Source: Candidatus Poribacteria bacterium (lineage in GTDB: Bacteria; Poribacteria; WGA-4E; PCPOR2b). From it: a stretch of DNA of 64,000 bases. A program made the translations under genes and the position numbers. This document shows positions 29,701 to 39,252 of the stretch, in pieces. The stretch is from assembly GCA_965215015.1 (NCBI GenBank), contig OZ244042.1:1952001-2016000 (forward strand). The letters are read 5' to 3'. Numbering within the stretch: position 1 is the first letter of the stretch; the number at the start of each line of letters is the position of its first letter. A model generated the notes under the pieces. The model was not told the origin of the DNA. It saw only the letters and a program-made list of their open reading frames with translations, and ran no database searches.

Positions 29701-30050
29701 AGTAGTAGGCACACTCTGTATGCCATACCCCCTTCCCCTGCTTGCGGATTGCGTCCTCCCTCCGCTAAACATCCTGTGGGTTGTCCATCAATTCCTGGCT
29801 CATTGAGCCTACCCCCCTCAATCCCCCCGCAAGCAGGGGGAAGAGATACCGTATGGGTATTTGGGACTTCTTTTCCCCTCCCTGCTAAATATCCGGTAGG
29901 TTGTTCGTCAGGTCCTGGCTCATTGAGCCTACCCCCCTCAATCCCCCCGCAAGCAGGGGGAAGAGATACCGTAGGGGTATTTGAGGGGTTAGGGGTGGGG
30001 TTCTTGGGTTCTTAGAGGGGGGTGCGGCACGACGGACTGTGCCTACTACT
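29701..30050. repeat. REPIN-like element: inverted GTAG-REPs enclosing a 120-bp tandem duplication with CCCCCCGCAAGCAGGGGG hairpins
   Basis: AGTAGTAGGCACA at 29701 and TGTGCCTACTACT ending 30050; units ~29755-29874 and 29875-29983. Confidence 0.8.
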
Positions 30051-30780
30051 GGCAACTGACGTTATCATCATCCAATTTTTGGTCCTCAAGCCCTTGAAAC
30101 TCCCAAGCAGATCTTTTTAACAATGCTTTACGTGAATTTATGCTAAAATAATTAAATGCCTACTGATTTTGGAATTATATCACAGGCACACAAAGCCTTC
30201 AAGTGGAGTAAAGTAACCTTTCAGGGCAATCGCATATAAATGGTGCGTAGGACTTTGGCATACAACAATGTCAATCGACTCGCGAACACAGGTTTCCCAA
30301 CCTGCGATCGACCGCGGGTTAGAAAACCCCGATTTCATCGAGGGCAGGCACCGCGCCACGATAGGGGGGACCCCAGGAGCTAATCGATCAATTGTCTAAT
30401 TTCTATAACAGGTGCAATTCCCCTAAGTAACCTTTGCAAATTTCTATTAACGATTTTCTGGATGAAACTCCGAAGGAATCCAATTTCTTCAACATATTTT
30501 GATAAATCACAGACAATTCAGAGGTGTTCATAATTCAACCAAGAACCTGTGCAGACACCCATAGAGGCGTACCGTAGTAGCGCAATTCATTGCGCGTGGA
30601 ATGTCCCCGTGCAGACTCAGACACCTGTAGAGGCGTCCCCTCCGAATCGCGGCTGTTTCTGAAAATCTAGGGGAATCGTGGCGGGTTGCTTTGAATCCCA
30701 ATCTTATCGGGGGTGGTCACTCAATCGGCAAAACCGTAAACACCCAACCAAAAACGTTCAAACCATCAGGAAAGTTCACA

Positions 30781-32061
30781 ATGATTCAAGTAGGATTCGG
30801 TCAACGTGTCGTTACACCAGAAATTGGTGCAGAAATGCCCGGAGGTATTAACAAACACTTTTCTCAAAACGTGCATGATGACCTCCTGGTAAATGCAATG
30901 GTAATCGACGATGGTGATATACAGCTGGTCCTAGCAGGGCTTGATGCACTATCAATTAAACGCTCCATAACACTAAATGCACGACAAAAAATTGCAGATG
31001 CTACCGGCATTCCCACCGACAATGTGTTGATCGCAGCAAGCCACACACACAACGGCGGCCCCATCGCAGATGTCTTCATGAGCGAGGCGGATGCGGCTTA
31101 CTGCGACTTTGTTGCTGTGCAGATTGCACAGGCAGCAATCGAGGGATACGAAAAACGCGAGCCCGCGACCTTAGTCATCGGTGCAGGACATGAGGGAAGT
31201 GTTGCTTTCAACCGACGTTTTCGCATGAAAGATGGCTCAGAGCGGACTCACCCAGGAGCGGGCAACCCCGATATCGTTCAAGTCGCAGGACCCATTGACC
31301 CAATGGTCGGGGTTATCGGTGCTATCAATCAATCGTGCAAATTTCTTGGATGCTGGGTCAACTACTGTTGCCATGCCACCCTGGGTGTCGGCGGAGATGG
31401 ATTTTCCGCCGACTACATCTACTATTTGAGAAAAACCGTTCAGCAGGTGATGAAAGCTGACCGTGCCATCATCGTCTTTGGAAATGGCGCATCAGGCGAT
31501 GTTACGCAAGTCGATAATCTCAGAGATCGAGGAAAGCAGTCTGGTGAACACTGGGGTTGGCATGTCGGGACAACGGTTGGTGCGGAGGTCGCCAAGGTGT
31601 TGGCACGAATGGATTATACAGATGAGGTTACGTTGGCGTGCACAACCGAAACGCTTGAACTTCCCTTACGCGACCTCGGTGATACGTCGCTCAACCAAGC
31701 ACAGTCTTGGGGAGATCAAGCCGTTTGGGCAAGGGAACTCGAATTGCTCAAAGAGATCAAGAAAACTGAACCGAAGGTTACGGCAGAGGTTCAAATGATG
31801 CGGATTGGGGCATCGGGACTAATCGCTGTGCCTGCGGAATACTTCTGTCAGTATGGGCTAGATATTCAGCGGGATTCCCCCTTCGATCCGACGTTTGTCG
31901 TTTCCCTCGCTAACGGTTGTGTGGGATATGTCCCAACACCACAGGCATTTGTCGGCGGGGGTTATGAACCTCGCACAGCACGCTCCAGTAAGCTGTGTCC
32001 AGATGCCGGGGACCGCATTGCAGCAACGGCGATTCGACTACTTCACGATGCACATGGATAA
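30781..32061 (+). CDS. Neutral/alkaline ceramidase N-terminal-like hydrolase
   Basis: VHDDL, ASHTHNGGP, FNRR, GPIDP, NYCCHAT, SADY, GASGD, LANG..GYVPT. Confidence 0.8.
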   Translation: MIQVGFGQRVVTPEIGAEMPGGINKHFSQNVHDDLLVNAMVIDDGDIQLVLAGLDALSIKRSITLNARQKIADATGIPTDNVLIAASHTHNGGPIADVFMSEADAAYCDFVAVQIAQAAIEGYEKREPATLVIGAGHEGSVAFNRRFRMKDGSERTHPGAGNPDIVQVAGPIDPMVGVIGAINQSCKFLGCWVNYCCHATLGVGGDGFSADYIYYLRKTVQQVMKADRAIIVFGNGASGDVTQVDNLRDRGKQSGEHWGWHVGTTVGAEVAKVLARMDYTDEVTLACTTETLELPLRDLGDTSLNQAQSWGDQAVWARELELLKEIKKTEPKVTAEVQMMRIGASGLIAVPAEYFCQYGLDIQRDSPFDPTFVVSLANGCVGYVPTPQAFVGGGYEPRTARSSKLCPDAGDRIAATAIRLLHDAHG

Positions 32062-32063
32062 AT

Positions 32064-32265
32064 GGGGGGCTCATAATTATGGTCTGAATCAGAATTTTCA
32101 GAATTTAAGGATTCACAGGATTATATGACTCACGTTCACATCTAAACGGCGAGATAGGTCTGAGGAAGGGGCCTCCTTATTGTCTGAATTACGGATTAAA
32201 CGGAAAACACGGATTGGGGACCCTCCGGTGGCACGATTTCACGAATTGGATTTATGAGCCCCCTC
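32064..32265. mobile_element. MITE (TIR GAGGGGKGCTCATAA family), copy 1
   Basis: GGGGGGCTCATAA ... TTATGAGCCCCCTC; shares ATAATTAT.GTCTGAATC with the other copies. Confidence 0.7.
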
Positions 32266-32317
32266 ACGTATTTACCGGATCTTTCACATAATGTATGCTA
32301 ATTAGGCCCCATTCACC

Positions 32318-32683
32318 TTAGGACTGCTGATTTAATAACTTACTTCCTAACTGTTTAGCCACCTGAATCAGGACGCGAAGATCGTCAGGCGTACATATGG
32401 GCAGCTCTGCGAATAGGGCTTCATAGAGATGTACACGCTCTTTATCCTCGGTTTCGGCAGAAACTTCAACAAAGTCAAATAACGCCTTGGGTGCTACATT
32501 TAATCCGTATGCAATGCGTTCCACCATTTTGAGGGATGGCACCTGTTGGCCGCGTTCGACATTTCCCATAAAGTTAAGGCTCACCTCCGCGATTTCCGCC
32601 AGCTGCGTTTGTGTCAAGCCGGCGGCTTTTCGCAACCGCCGCATTTTGATGCCCAGTTTGGTTGCCAGACTTTGTGTTTGCAT
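32318..32683 (-). CDS. XRE family HTH transcriptional regulator
   Basis: RRLRKAAGLTQTQLAE.AEVS..FMGNVERG...PSL. Confidence 0.9.
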   Translation of the reverse strand: MQTQSLATKLGIKMRRLRKAAGLTQTQLAEIAEVSLNFMGNVERGQQVPSLKMVERIAYGLNVAPKALFDFVEVSAETEDKERVHLYEALFAELPICTPDDLRVLIQVAKQLGSKLLNQQS

Positions 32684-32799
32684 CCTTGCGTTTCTCCTTA
32701 AGATAGAGTGGGCATACTATAACATATAGAATGGAAACCTTATAGGCATTATTAATCTATAAAAAAATATATATAAAGTGTAATAATGTGTTTTTTTTC

Positions 32800-32910
32800 T
32801 TGACAAGGCTATTTCGCTTGATGTATCTTCATACTATAATACATCCAAGTTGTAAAATCGTTATAGCTTGGATACTAACGAACGCAAACTTTTTCTTATG
32901 AAAGTTTGCG
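32800..32910 (+). promoter_or_regulatory. Divergent promoter/operator region
   Basis: TTGACA at 32800 with TATCTT at 18-bp spacing and TATAAT further on; inverted repeats ATCCAAG..CTTGGAT (32843-32873) and CGCAAACTTT..AAAGTTTGCG (32883-32910). Confidence 0.55.
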
Positions 32911-32950
32911 CCAATCACCTGGCTCTATGAGCCAATGCAATGGAGATACA

Positions 32951-33472
32951 ATGTATCGGAAAGTTTTGTTTGCAACTTTGGCGGTAGTGTTTATTGTAAC
33001 TTTGTGCCTTTTTGTGTATAACCAGAGCTATGCTGGAATAACGACCTGTTCTGCGAGCGCGTCTGCGGGAACGTGGAGATCAACTGCCTCTGTGTCCCCT
33101 GGGCTTATTAACGACGCTAGAACTTATAGTGTAGGAACATTCCGCAGTGGCCCAGCAACCGTGAAAGCCCATGTCAATGGGGACACCGATAAAAAAACGA
33201 AAAGTATTACTGTGGAAGTGGTCGAAGAAATACGAGAAACGTTTTTTGGGTTTGGTGTGAGTATTAGCCCACCGGGTAGTGTTGTTTCCATCACCATTGT
33301 TTCAGGCGGTTATAAGGTGAGTTATAAGACAAAGTCCGTGAAAACAGAGAGTGCTAGCGAAAGCAATTGGGGTATGCCAACATCTCACAAATGGGGATCT
33401 GCAAAGGGGACCATTGATGGTGCCAGTGACTCCGCTTGGGCTGAATATCATTACAGCGGCTATTACAATTAG
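32951..33472 (+). CDS. Small secreted Ser/Thr/Gly-rich beta protein, unknown function
   Basis: Signal peptide ending QSYA; RBS GGAG at 32942. Confidence 0.75.
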   Translation: MYRKVLFATLAVVFIVTLCLFVYNQSYAGITTCSASASAGTWRSTASVSPGLINDARTYSVGTFRSGPATVKAHVNGDTDKKTKSITVEVVEEIRETFFGFGVSISPPGSVVSITIVSGGYKVSYKTKSVKTESASESNWGMPTSHKWGSAKGTIDGASDSAWAEYHYSGYYN

Positions 33473-33540
33473 TCGTTTCCCATCAGAAACCGGTGGCACC
33501 TGAAGTGCCCCCGGTTTTTATCCAATACAGGAGGCTGAAG

Positions 33541-34998
33541 ATGAAATATAAAAAGGCCTTGCTAGGACTTTTCCTTTTAATTATTTTCGTTTTTATTACC
33601 TTTTTCGGCTTACGAGGCAATAGGCAAGCACTGCATCAAAACGAAGGTGCAGATTGGTCCAACTCAGGTCTTGTTTCAAGCCGGACGCCTACGGGATCCC
33701 CGAAGTTCACCTCCCGCCGCGTAGCTAATGGGAATCAACAATCGGCAGATCCGTGGACAGCTTATGTGGAGGAAAAGACAGAACGGCTTTACCAGGATGG
33801 ATTGAAAAACTCTGAGGTAGAGCCGCCGGCTGATTTTCGTGATACGATTCGAGAGGCGATTGAAGCCGAAGCCGCTGCGTTAAAAAAACAATACACGCTG
33901 CCGCCTTTAAGAATAGGAGTCGAGATACCTGAAAAGTATACCGGACCCCAGACAGTTGAAGCCCTGATGGAGACGTTTGAAGCGTATGACCGTCAGGGAG
34001 CTCAGGGAGATGATCTTGAGTCGGATGAGAAGTACCCCCGCGCGGAGTGGCTTGCGATGTTCCTTGAGAAGGAGGTGGTGATAAGAAATTACACCGATTA
34101 TTCGCATTGTCTAGGGATTCGAGGGAATCTGATCAGCTTTGAGCGAGAGGGACATTGGGTAGAAGGGACTCAAGGGGTGCCACCGACGGACGATTGGGAG
34201 ACATTCAAGGCAGCTTATATTGATAGGCAGGCTTGGGAACACCAGCAAATGAGTATGGCCCGGCAAAATGACCCGAACGTGTTCGGTGGACTGTTTACCG
34301 GTCCTGATAACCGCACCTATCTCCCGGGACGTGCAAATCGCGTCTACGTCGAAAGAAGAGAGCGCGGAGCATTTTTTCATGGTGCACCCCTTACCGAAAA
34401 ACAGCAGTGGGACATTATGTTGCAAGGGAAGCACCCGGAAGGCTATGAAATCATCTATATCGATGAAAATGGGACGATTCTCTCCGAACCCCCGCCGCCC
34501 ATCCCACCTCCAACAGGGGAAGAAAGACGCCAATTGGAAACGTGGCTGAGAAGAGGGAAAAGCCAACCGCCAGAGACCTCCGCCGATGCGTCAAGTCAAA
34601 CTTCCGAGGATTGGGATATACGCGGGCAGGACAGTCCTTTGGAGGCCGAAACGGTGAGGGCAGCAGCCCAAGCCACTCAGAAACGGTTTGAGCAGGCACA
34701 AACTGAGGCTTTGGAACGCGCCACCAAAAGTGATGTCGAAATAGACGCCGAGCTCGAAAAACTATTGACACCCGAACCGACCACGCCGTTTGACCCAGAA
34801 GCGTGGGAGGGGTTGTCCCCCGAGCAACGAAAGAGAGCCAAACTGTTCTTTGACCAGTATGGCGCAGAGGAGGGGCTTCGTCGGCTGCGGGTGTCTCACC
34901 CTGAAGCCGCCGAGCAATTTGAGCGGGAGCGAAACAATCCACCCGGTCGTGATGCGCCGCCGGTCAAAGACGAGAAGGCTACGCCCTCAACACAGTAG
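33541..34998 (+). CDS. Membrane-anchored/secreted hypothetical protein (paralog A)
   Basis: N-terminal TM helix; AGGAGG RBS; motifs DPW, YTGPQTVEALM, KYPRAEWL, NRVYV, GKHPEGYEIIYID. Confidence 0.8.
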   Translation: MKYKKALLGLFLLIIFVFITFFGLRGNRQALHQNEGADWSNSGLVSSRTPTGSPKFTSRRVANGNQQSADPWTAYVEEKTERLYQDGLKNSEVEPPADFRDTIREAIEAEAAALKKQYTLPPLRIGVEIPEKYTGPQTVEALMETFEAYDRQGAQGDDLESDEKYPRAEWLAMFLEKEVVIRNYTDYSHCLGIRGNLISFEREGHWVEGTQGVPPTDDWETFKAAYIDRQAWEHQQMSMARQNDPNVFGGLFTGPDNRTYLPGRANRVYVERRERGAFFHGAPLTEKQQWDIMLQGKHPEGYEIIYIDENGTILSEPPPPIPPPTGEERRQLETWLRRGKSQPPETSADASSQTSEDWDIRGQDSPLEAETVRAAAQATQKRFEQAQTEALERATKSDVEIDAELEKLLTPEPTTPFDPEAWEGLSPEQRKRAKLFFDQYGAEEGLRRLRVSHPEAAEQFERERNNPPGRDAPPVKDEKATPSTQ

Positions 34999-35014
34999 GC
35001 AAGCACGAGTTGGT

Positions 35015-35058
35015 GGAAGCGGTATCCATCCATTTTCCGGGGGATACCGCTTTTTTTC
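35015..35058 (+). terminator. Rho-independent terminator-like hairpin (duplicated at ~36722-36763)
   Basis: GAAGCGGTATCC...GGATACCGCTTTTTTT after the paralog A stop. Confidence 0.55.
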
Positions 35059-35222
35059 TAAGTCGCATTATTGCTCCCTCCCATTCCGAGTCATTCAATG
35101 AGGGAGCGTACAAGCATGGAGGCGAAGTGGTAAGGGGTTTAACCTCAGATAATCGTTCCTAAATTGGAAATCGGGGCACCTTTAAGGTGCCCCGATTCTA
35201 ACTCTCATATAGGGGATAAAAG

Positions 35223-36704
35223 ATGAAATATAAAAAAACAGTGCTCGCACTTTCCGTTTTGACAACTATCGGTATCATCGCCTTTTTTGTCTTCCGAGTG
35301 AACCGACCCACCTTCCGCTTGCCCGCGTCAGTGGTTGGAGGCTTTATGGCTGGAGATAGACTCGGCACCGGTCATCAAAAAGAATCTGATGATCCGTGGC
35401 AAGCCTGGGTGGAAAAGCAAACGACCGAAGTCATTAAAAATATGGTAGCAGTGGACAAGAAACAGGCTCGTTCTACATTGGACGCAAGCCAAATCGCTGA
35501 ATGGCGCACCGATATTCATGCCTACATGACCAAGCACGCGGATATGATGAAAGAGAAATATCCTTCTCCTGCTGCGATGGAGGCAAATGGTGATGGGTTA
35601 CCCACTGAGGTTGAGCTTACGGTTAGGAAAGTGCCCCTTGAAAGATATACCGGTCCTCAGACGGTTGAAGCCCTGATGGCAGCATTTGATGAGAACGACG
35701 ACCGTCGCAAGGTGGATGATCGCAAGGTGGATGAGAAGTATCCTCGCGCCGAATGGCTTGCGATGCTCCTTGATAAAGGCGTCGTGTTCAGGGATTACAG
35801 CGATTACTCTCTTTTTATGAACGAGCGATGGAATTTGGTAGGTTTTGAGGAGAATGGGCGTTGGGTATCGGGAGCACTAGGGATGCCACCGACGGACGAT
35901 TGGGAGACATTCAAGGAAGGTTATATTAATAAGAGGATTTGGCAAGAGCAGCAAATCGCTGCCGAGCGGCAAAGTGATCCGAGCGTGTTCGGTGGACTGT
36001 TTACCGGTCCTGACAATCAAACCTACCTCCCGGGACGCGCGAATCGTGTCTACGTCGAAAGAAAAGGGCGCGGGGCATTTTTTCATGGTGCACCCCTTAC
36101 CGAAAAACAGCAGTGGGACATTATGTTGCAAGGGAAGCACCCGGAAGGCTATGAAATCATCTATATCGATGAAAACGGGACGATTCTCTCCGAACCCCCA
36201 CCGCCCATTCCACCCCCGACAGGAGAAGAACGTCGTCAAATGGAGGCATGGTTAAAAAGAGGGAAAAGCCAACCGCCAGAGACCTCCGCCGATGCAGCCA
36301 GCCAAACTTCCGAGGATTGGGATATACGCGGGCAGGACAGTCCTTTGGAGGACGAAACGGTGAGTGCAGCAGCCCAAGCCACTCAGAAACGGTTTGAGCA
36401 GGCGCAAACGGAGGCTTTGGAACGCGCCACCAAAAGCGATGCCGAAATAGACGCAGAGCTCGAGAAACTATTGACACCCGAACCGACCACACCGTTTGAC
36501 CCAGAAGCGTGGGAGGGGTTGTCACCGGACCGACGAAAGAGAGCCAAACAGTTCTTTGACCAGTATGGCACAGAGGAGGGGCTTCGCCGGCTGCGGGCAT
36601 CTGACCCTGAAGCCGCCGAGCAATTTGAGCGGGAGCGAAACAATCCACCCGGTCGTGATGCGCCTCCGGTCAAAGACGAGAAGGCTACGCCCTCAACACA
36701 GTAG
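35223..36704 (+). CDS. Membrane-anchored/secreted hypothetical protein (paralog B)
   Basis: Tandem paralog of 33541-34998 with a near-identical 3' half. Confidence 0.8.
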   Translation: MKYKKTVLALSVLTTIGIIAFFVFRVNRPTFRLPASVVGGFMAGDRLGTGHQKESDDPWQAWVEKQTTEVIKNMVAVDKKQARSTLDASQIAEWRTDIHAYMTKHADMMKEKYPSPAAMEANGDGLPTEVELTVRKVPLERYTGPQTVEALMAAFDENDDRRKVDDRKVDEKYPRAEWLAMLLDKGVVFRDYSDYSLFMNERWNLVGFEENGRWVSGALGMPPTDDWETFKEGYINKRIWQEQQIAAERQSDPSVFGGLFTGPDNQTYLPGRANRVYVERKGRGAFFHGAPLTEKQQWDIMLQGKHPEGYEIIYIDENGTILSEPPPPIPPPTGEERRQMEAWLKRGKSQPPETSADAASQTSEDWDIRGQDSPLEDETVSAAAQATQKRFEQAQTEALERATKSDAEIDAELEKLLTPEPTTPFDPEAWEGLSPDRRKRAKQFFDQYGTEEGLRRLRASDPEAAEQFERERNNPPGRDAPPVKDEKATPSTQ

Positions 36705-36878
36705 GCAAACACGAGTTGGTGGAAGCGGTATCCGTCCATCTTCCGGGGGATACCGCCTTTTTTCTAAGTCGCATTATCGCTCCCTCCCATTCCGAGTCAT
36801 TCAATGAGGGGGCGTACAAGCATGGAGGCAAAATAGTAAGGGGTTTAGATGCTACCAAGCAATCTAAGAGATTCATGT

Positions 36879-37118
36879 TCATACCTCCACCGCGGTCTTA
36901 TCCATCCACGGGTTGCTACTTTGATCGTCATCGTCGAGGGTGAACGGCGGGGCGTTTCTTTCCATCTCAAAATACTCTTGTGCTTTCGCTTCGTCCTTCT
37001 CGACACCGAATCCCTCAGTATACATGAATCCCAAAATCCCCATGGCATCGGGATTGCCTAACTCCGCTTCTTTGATCAGAGCGGGCAGCCAGTTGCTGAG
37101 TGTGTCCTTCATGTTCAT
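36879..37118 (-). CDS. Small single Sel1-like repeat protein (possible remnant)
   Basis: AELGNPDAMGILGFMYTEGFGVEKDEAKAQEYF; RBS GAGGAGG. Confidence 0.65.
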   Translation of the reverse strand: MNMKDTLSNWLPALIKEAELGNPDAMGILGFMYTEGFGVEKDEAKAQEYFEMERNAPPFTLDDDDQSSNPWMDKTAVEV

Positions 37119-37798
37119 CGTGCTTTCCTCCTCAGAATTTCATCAAGTTGTTGTTTGATGTGTTCCTTCTCGCTTTCATGCCTTGCTTGCATCGCTGATG
37201 CAATTTCATCGCGCTACTACCAACCGCCTCTGCGATTTGATTTGAAGCCAACATCAACAATCGCTGGCTCTTTATAATCGCTCATGATGTGCTAAGTGGT
37301 CGATGTGGTTCTGGTTAAGTTGTCGGATTGCTCGCTTCTATGTCCGATAGACGCTGATTCATCTCAGTAAAACGCTGAGGGGCTATTTCGGATCTACCTT
37401 ATCCTCGCTTTTTTGCTTACGTATGGCGGTTGATCAACTTGGGTAAATCAAACTCAATACACTCTCTGACAACTTCCGAAAAACTCAACCCGAAACGCGC
37501 CCTGTCATAGGTTTCGGGATCAAACGCAATGCTCAATAGATGTGTATATCAGATGTGTATATCTTTTTATTTTTATCCTCCTTTTATATCATTCATGGTT
37601 GATTTATCAACCGGGTCTTATTTTTTATAGAGTTGTAAACCATTTTGCACAGTCTACATTACCTATACTCTTGCGCTTCTTCGATATAGGAATCGTGCAG
37701 GTTGGCAAATCTGCCTTCTTCAGCAATAGAACCGCCTCTCCGATCCACTTGTGTGTACTCATAAAACTGCGTTTGACTCCCTGACAGCATAACGATGT

Positions 37799-38023
37799 GA
37801 GGAGTGCTCATAATTATTGTCTGAATCGTGGATTCAGCAGAGGATACAGATAAGGGTCTCAGACGGGAGATGAGGCAAGATACTCCACCGACGGGGTTGG
37901 GGATATTTTGTTGTTCCCCATTATGGCTGGGAGTTTAATCGCAGTTGCGTGTTAGCCAAGCACCACAACGGTTGTGGGGTTTACGGCCCGCGGAGAGCAC
38001 CTACTAGTTGATAAGCCCCCCTC
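37799..38023. mobile_element. MITE (TIR GAGGGGKGCTCATAA family), copy 2
   Basis: GAGGAGTGCTCATAA ... TGATAAGCCCCCCTC; interior alignable to 57145-57394. Confidence 0.75.
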
Positions 38024-38149
38024 ATTTAAATGGGGGAGAGAAGCTCTTCAAGAAAAATCCTTATGCCGCAGGATACTTTTGCCTTTGTCCAAAATCTCAG
38101 GCGTTTACAATCTGGAACGCCCAAGGCTGAGCCCCGAATCTGCGTTGTG

Positions 38150-39187
38150 CTAATTGCCTTGGCTGGCGAGACTCTCCTCATAGGGAGGGTGAGCAATACC
38201 CTTTTCTGTGATAATTGCTGTGATGAGGGGGGCGGGAGTGACATCAAAAGCGGGACTGTAGACTTTGACCCCTTCGGGAGCCGTTCTGTTGCCGAAGCCT
38301 TCCGTCACTTCTTCGGCGGCGCGCTGCTCAATCGGAATCAAATCGCCCGTTTTAAGGGAGAAGTCAAGCGTTGAAGTCGGTGCGGCAACATAGAAAGGGA
38401 TGTCGTGTGCCTTTGCCAATATCGCAACGTTATAGGTTCCAATCTTGTTGGCGGTGTCGCCGTTTGCGGCAATCCGATCTGCCCCAACAATAACACACTG
38501 GATCTTCCCTTCTTTCATGACCTGTGCTGCCATATTGTCACAAATCAAGGTCACATCAATCCCTGCTTGCATGAGCTCCCACGCTGTCAACCGGGCACCT
38601 TGCAACAACGGGCGCGTCTCATCGGCATAAACGCTGATGTGCTTTCCTGACTCATGTGCAGAGAACATAACCGCTAGTGCCGTACCGTAATCAGAAGTGG
38701 CGAGCCCTCCTGCATTGCAATGTGTCAAAATGGTATCACCATTGCGGATGAGGTCTAATCCATGTTGACCGATAGCGCGACACCTCGCCCGGTCCTCTTC
38801 AATAATACGCTGTGCTTCATTAAGAAGAACACCCTTGAGTTGTGAAATCTCAAGCTCTTTGTGCTTTTCCGCTGTTTGCTCGATCCGCGCCAAAGCCCAA
38901 AAGAGATTCACCGCCGTTGGACGGGAAGTCGCAAGATAATCTGTTACTTTTTTGAGTTCAACCGCGAAATCAGGGTAATTTGTCGCCCTTGATTGCCAAA
39001 TCCCAAGCACCGCTCCCAACGCACCCGCAATCCCGATTGCAGGTGCCCCGCGAACCCGAAGTGATTTAATCGCCTCCCAAACGCTTTCTACATCATCACA
39101 ATAAATCTGCTTAAATTCATTTGGCAGCAAGGTTTGATCGATTAAATGGATTCTACCATCAACCCATTCAATTGTCGGGATCGGCAT
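38150..39187 (-). CDS. mtnA: S-methyl-5-thioribose-1-phosphate isomerase
   Basis: DQTLLP, VRGAPAIG, SRPTAVNL, LTHCNAGGLAT, ETRPLLQGARLT, GDTANKIGTY. Confidence 0.95.
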   Translation of the reverse strand: MPIPTIEWVDGRIHLIDQTLLPNEFKQIYCDDVESVWEAIKSLRVRGAPAIGIAGALGAVLGIWQSRATNYPDFAVELKKVTDYLATSRPTAVNLFWALARIEQTAEKHKELEISQLKGVLLNEAQRIIEEDRARCRAIGQHGLDLIRNGDTILTHCNAGGLATSDYGTALAVMFSAHESGKHISVYADETRPLLQGARLTAWELMQAGIDVTLICDNMAAQVMKEGKIQCVIVGADRIAANGDTANKIGTYNVAILAKAHDIPFYVAAPTSTLDFSLKTGDLIPIEQRAAEEVTEGFGNRTAPEGVKVYSPAFDVTPAPLITAIITEKGIAHPPYEESLASQGN

Positions 39188-39252
39188 CTTCCTCCTCCCC
39201 TTGGTAATCATGGGCAGCCTGTTCAGTGCCCTCCGCTACTACGCTAGTTTCT

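Noticed and set aside
29749-30015. 88-aa Pro-rich ORF
   Set aside because: It is a translation of the 120-bp tandem DNA repeat
33541-36704. Diversity-generating retroelement TR/VR pair
   Set aside because: No reverse transcriptase; differences are not adenine-specific; whole genes are duplicated
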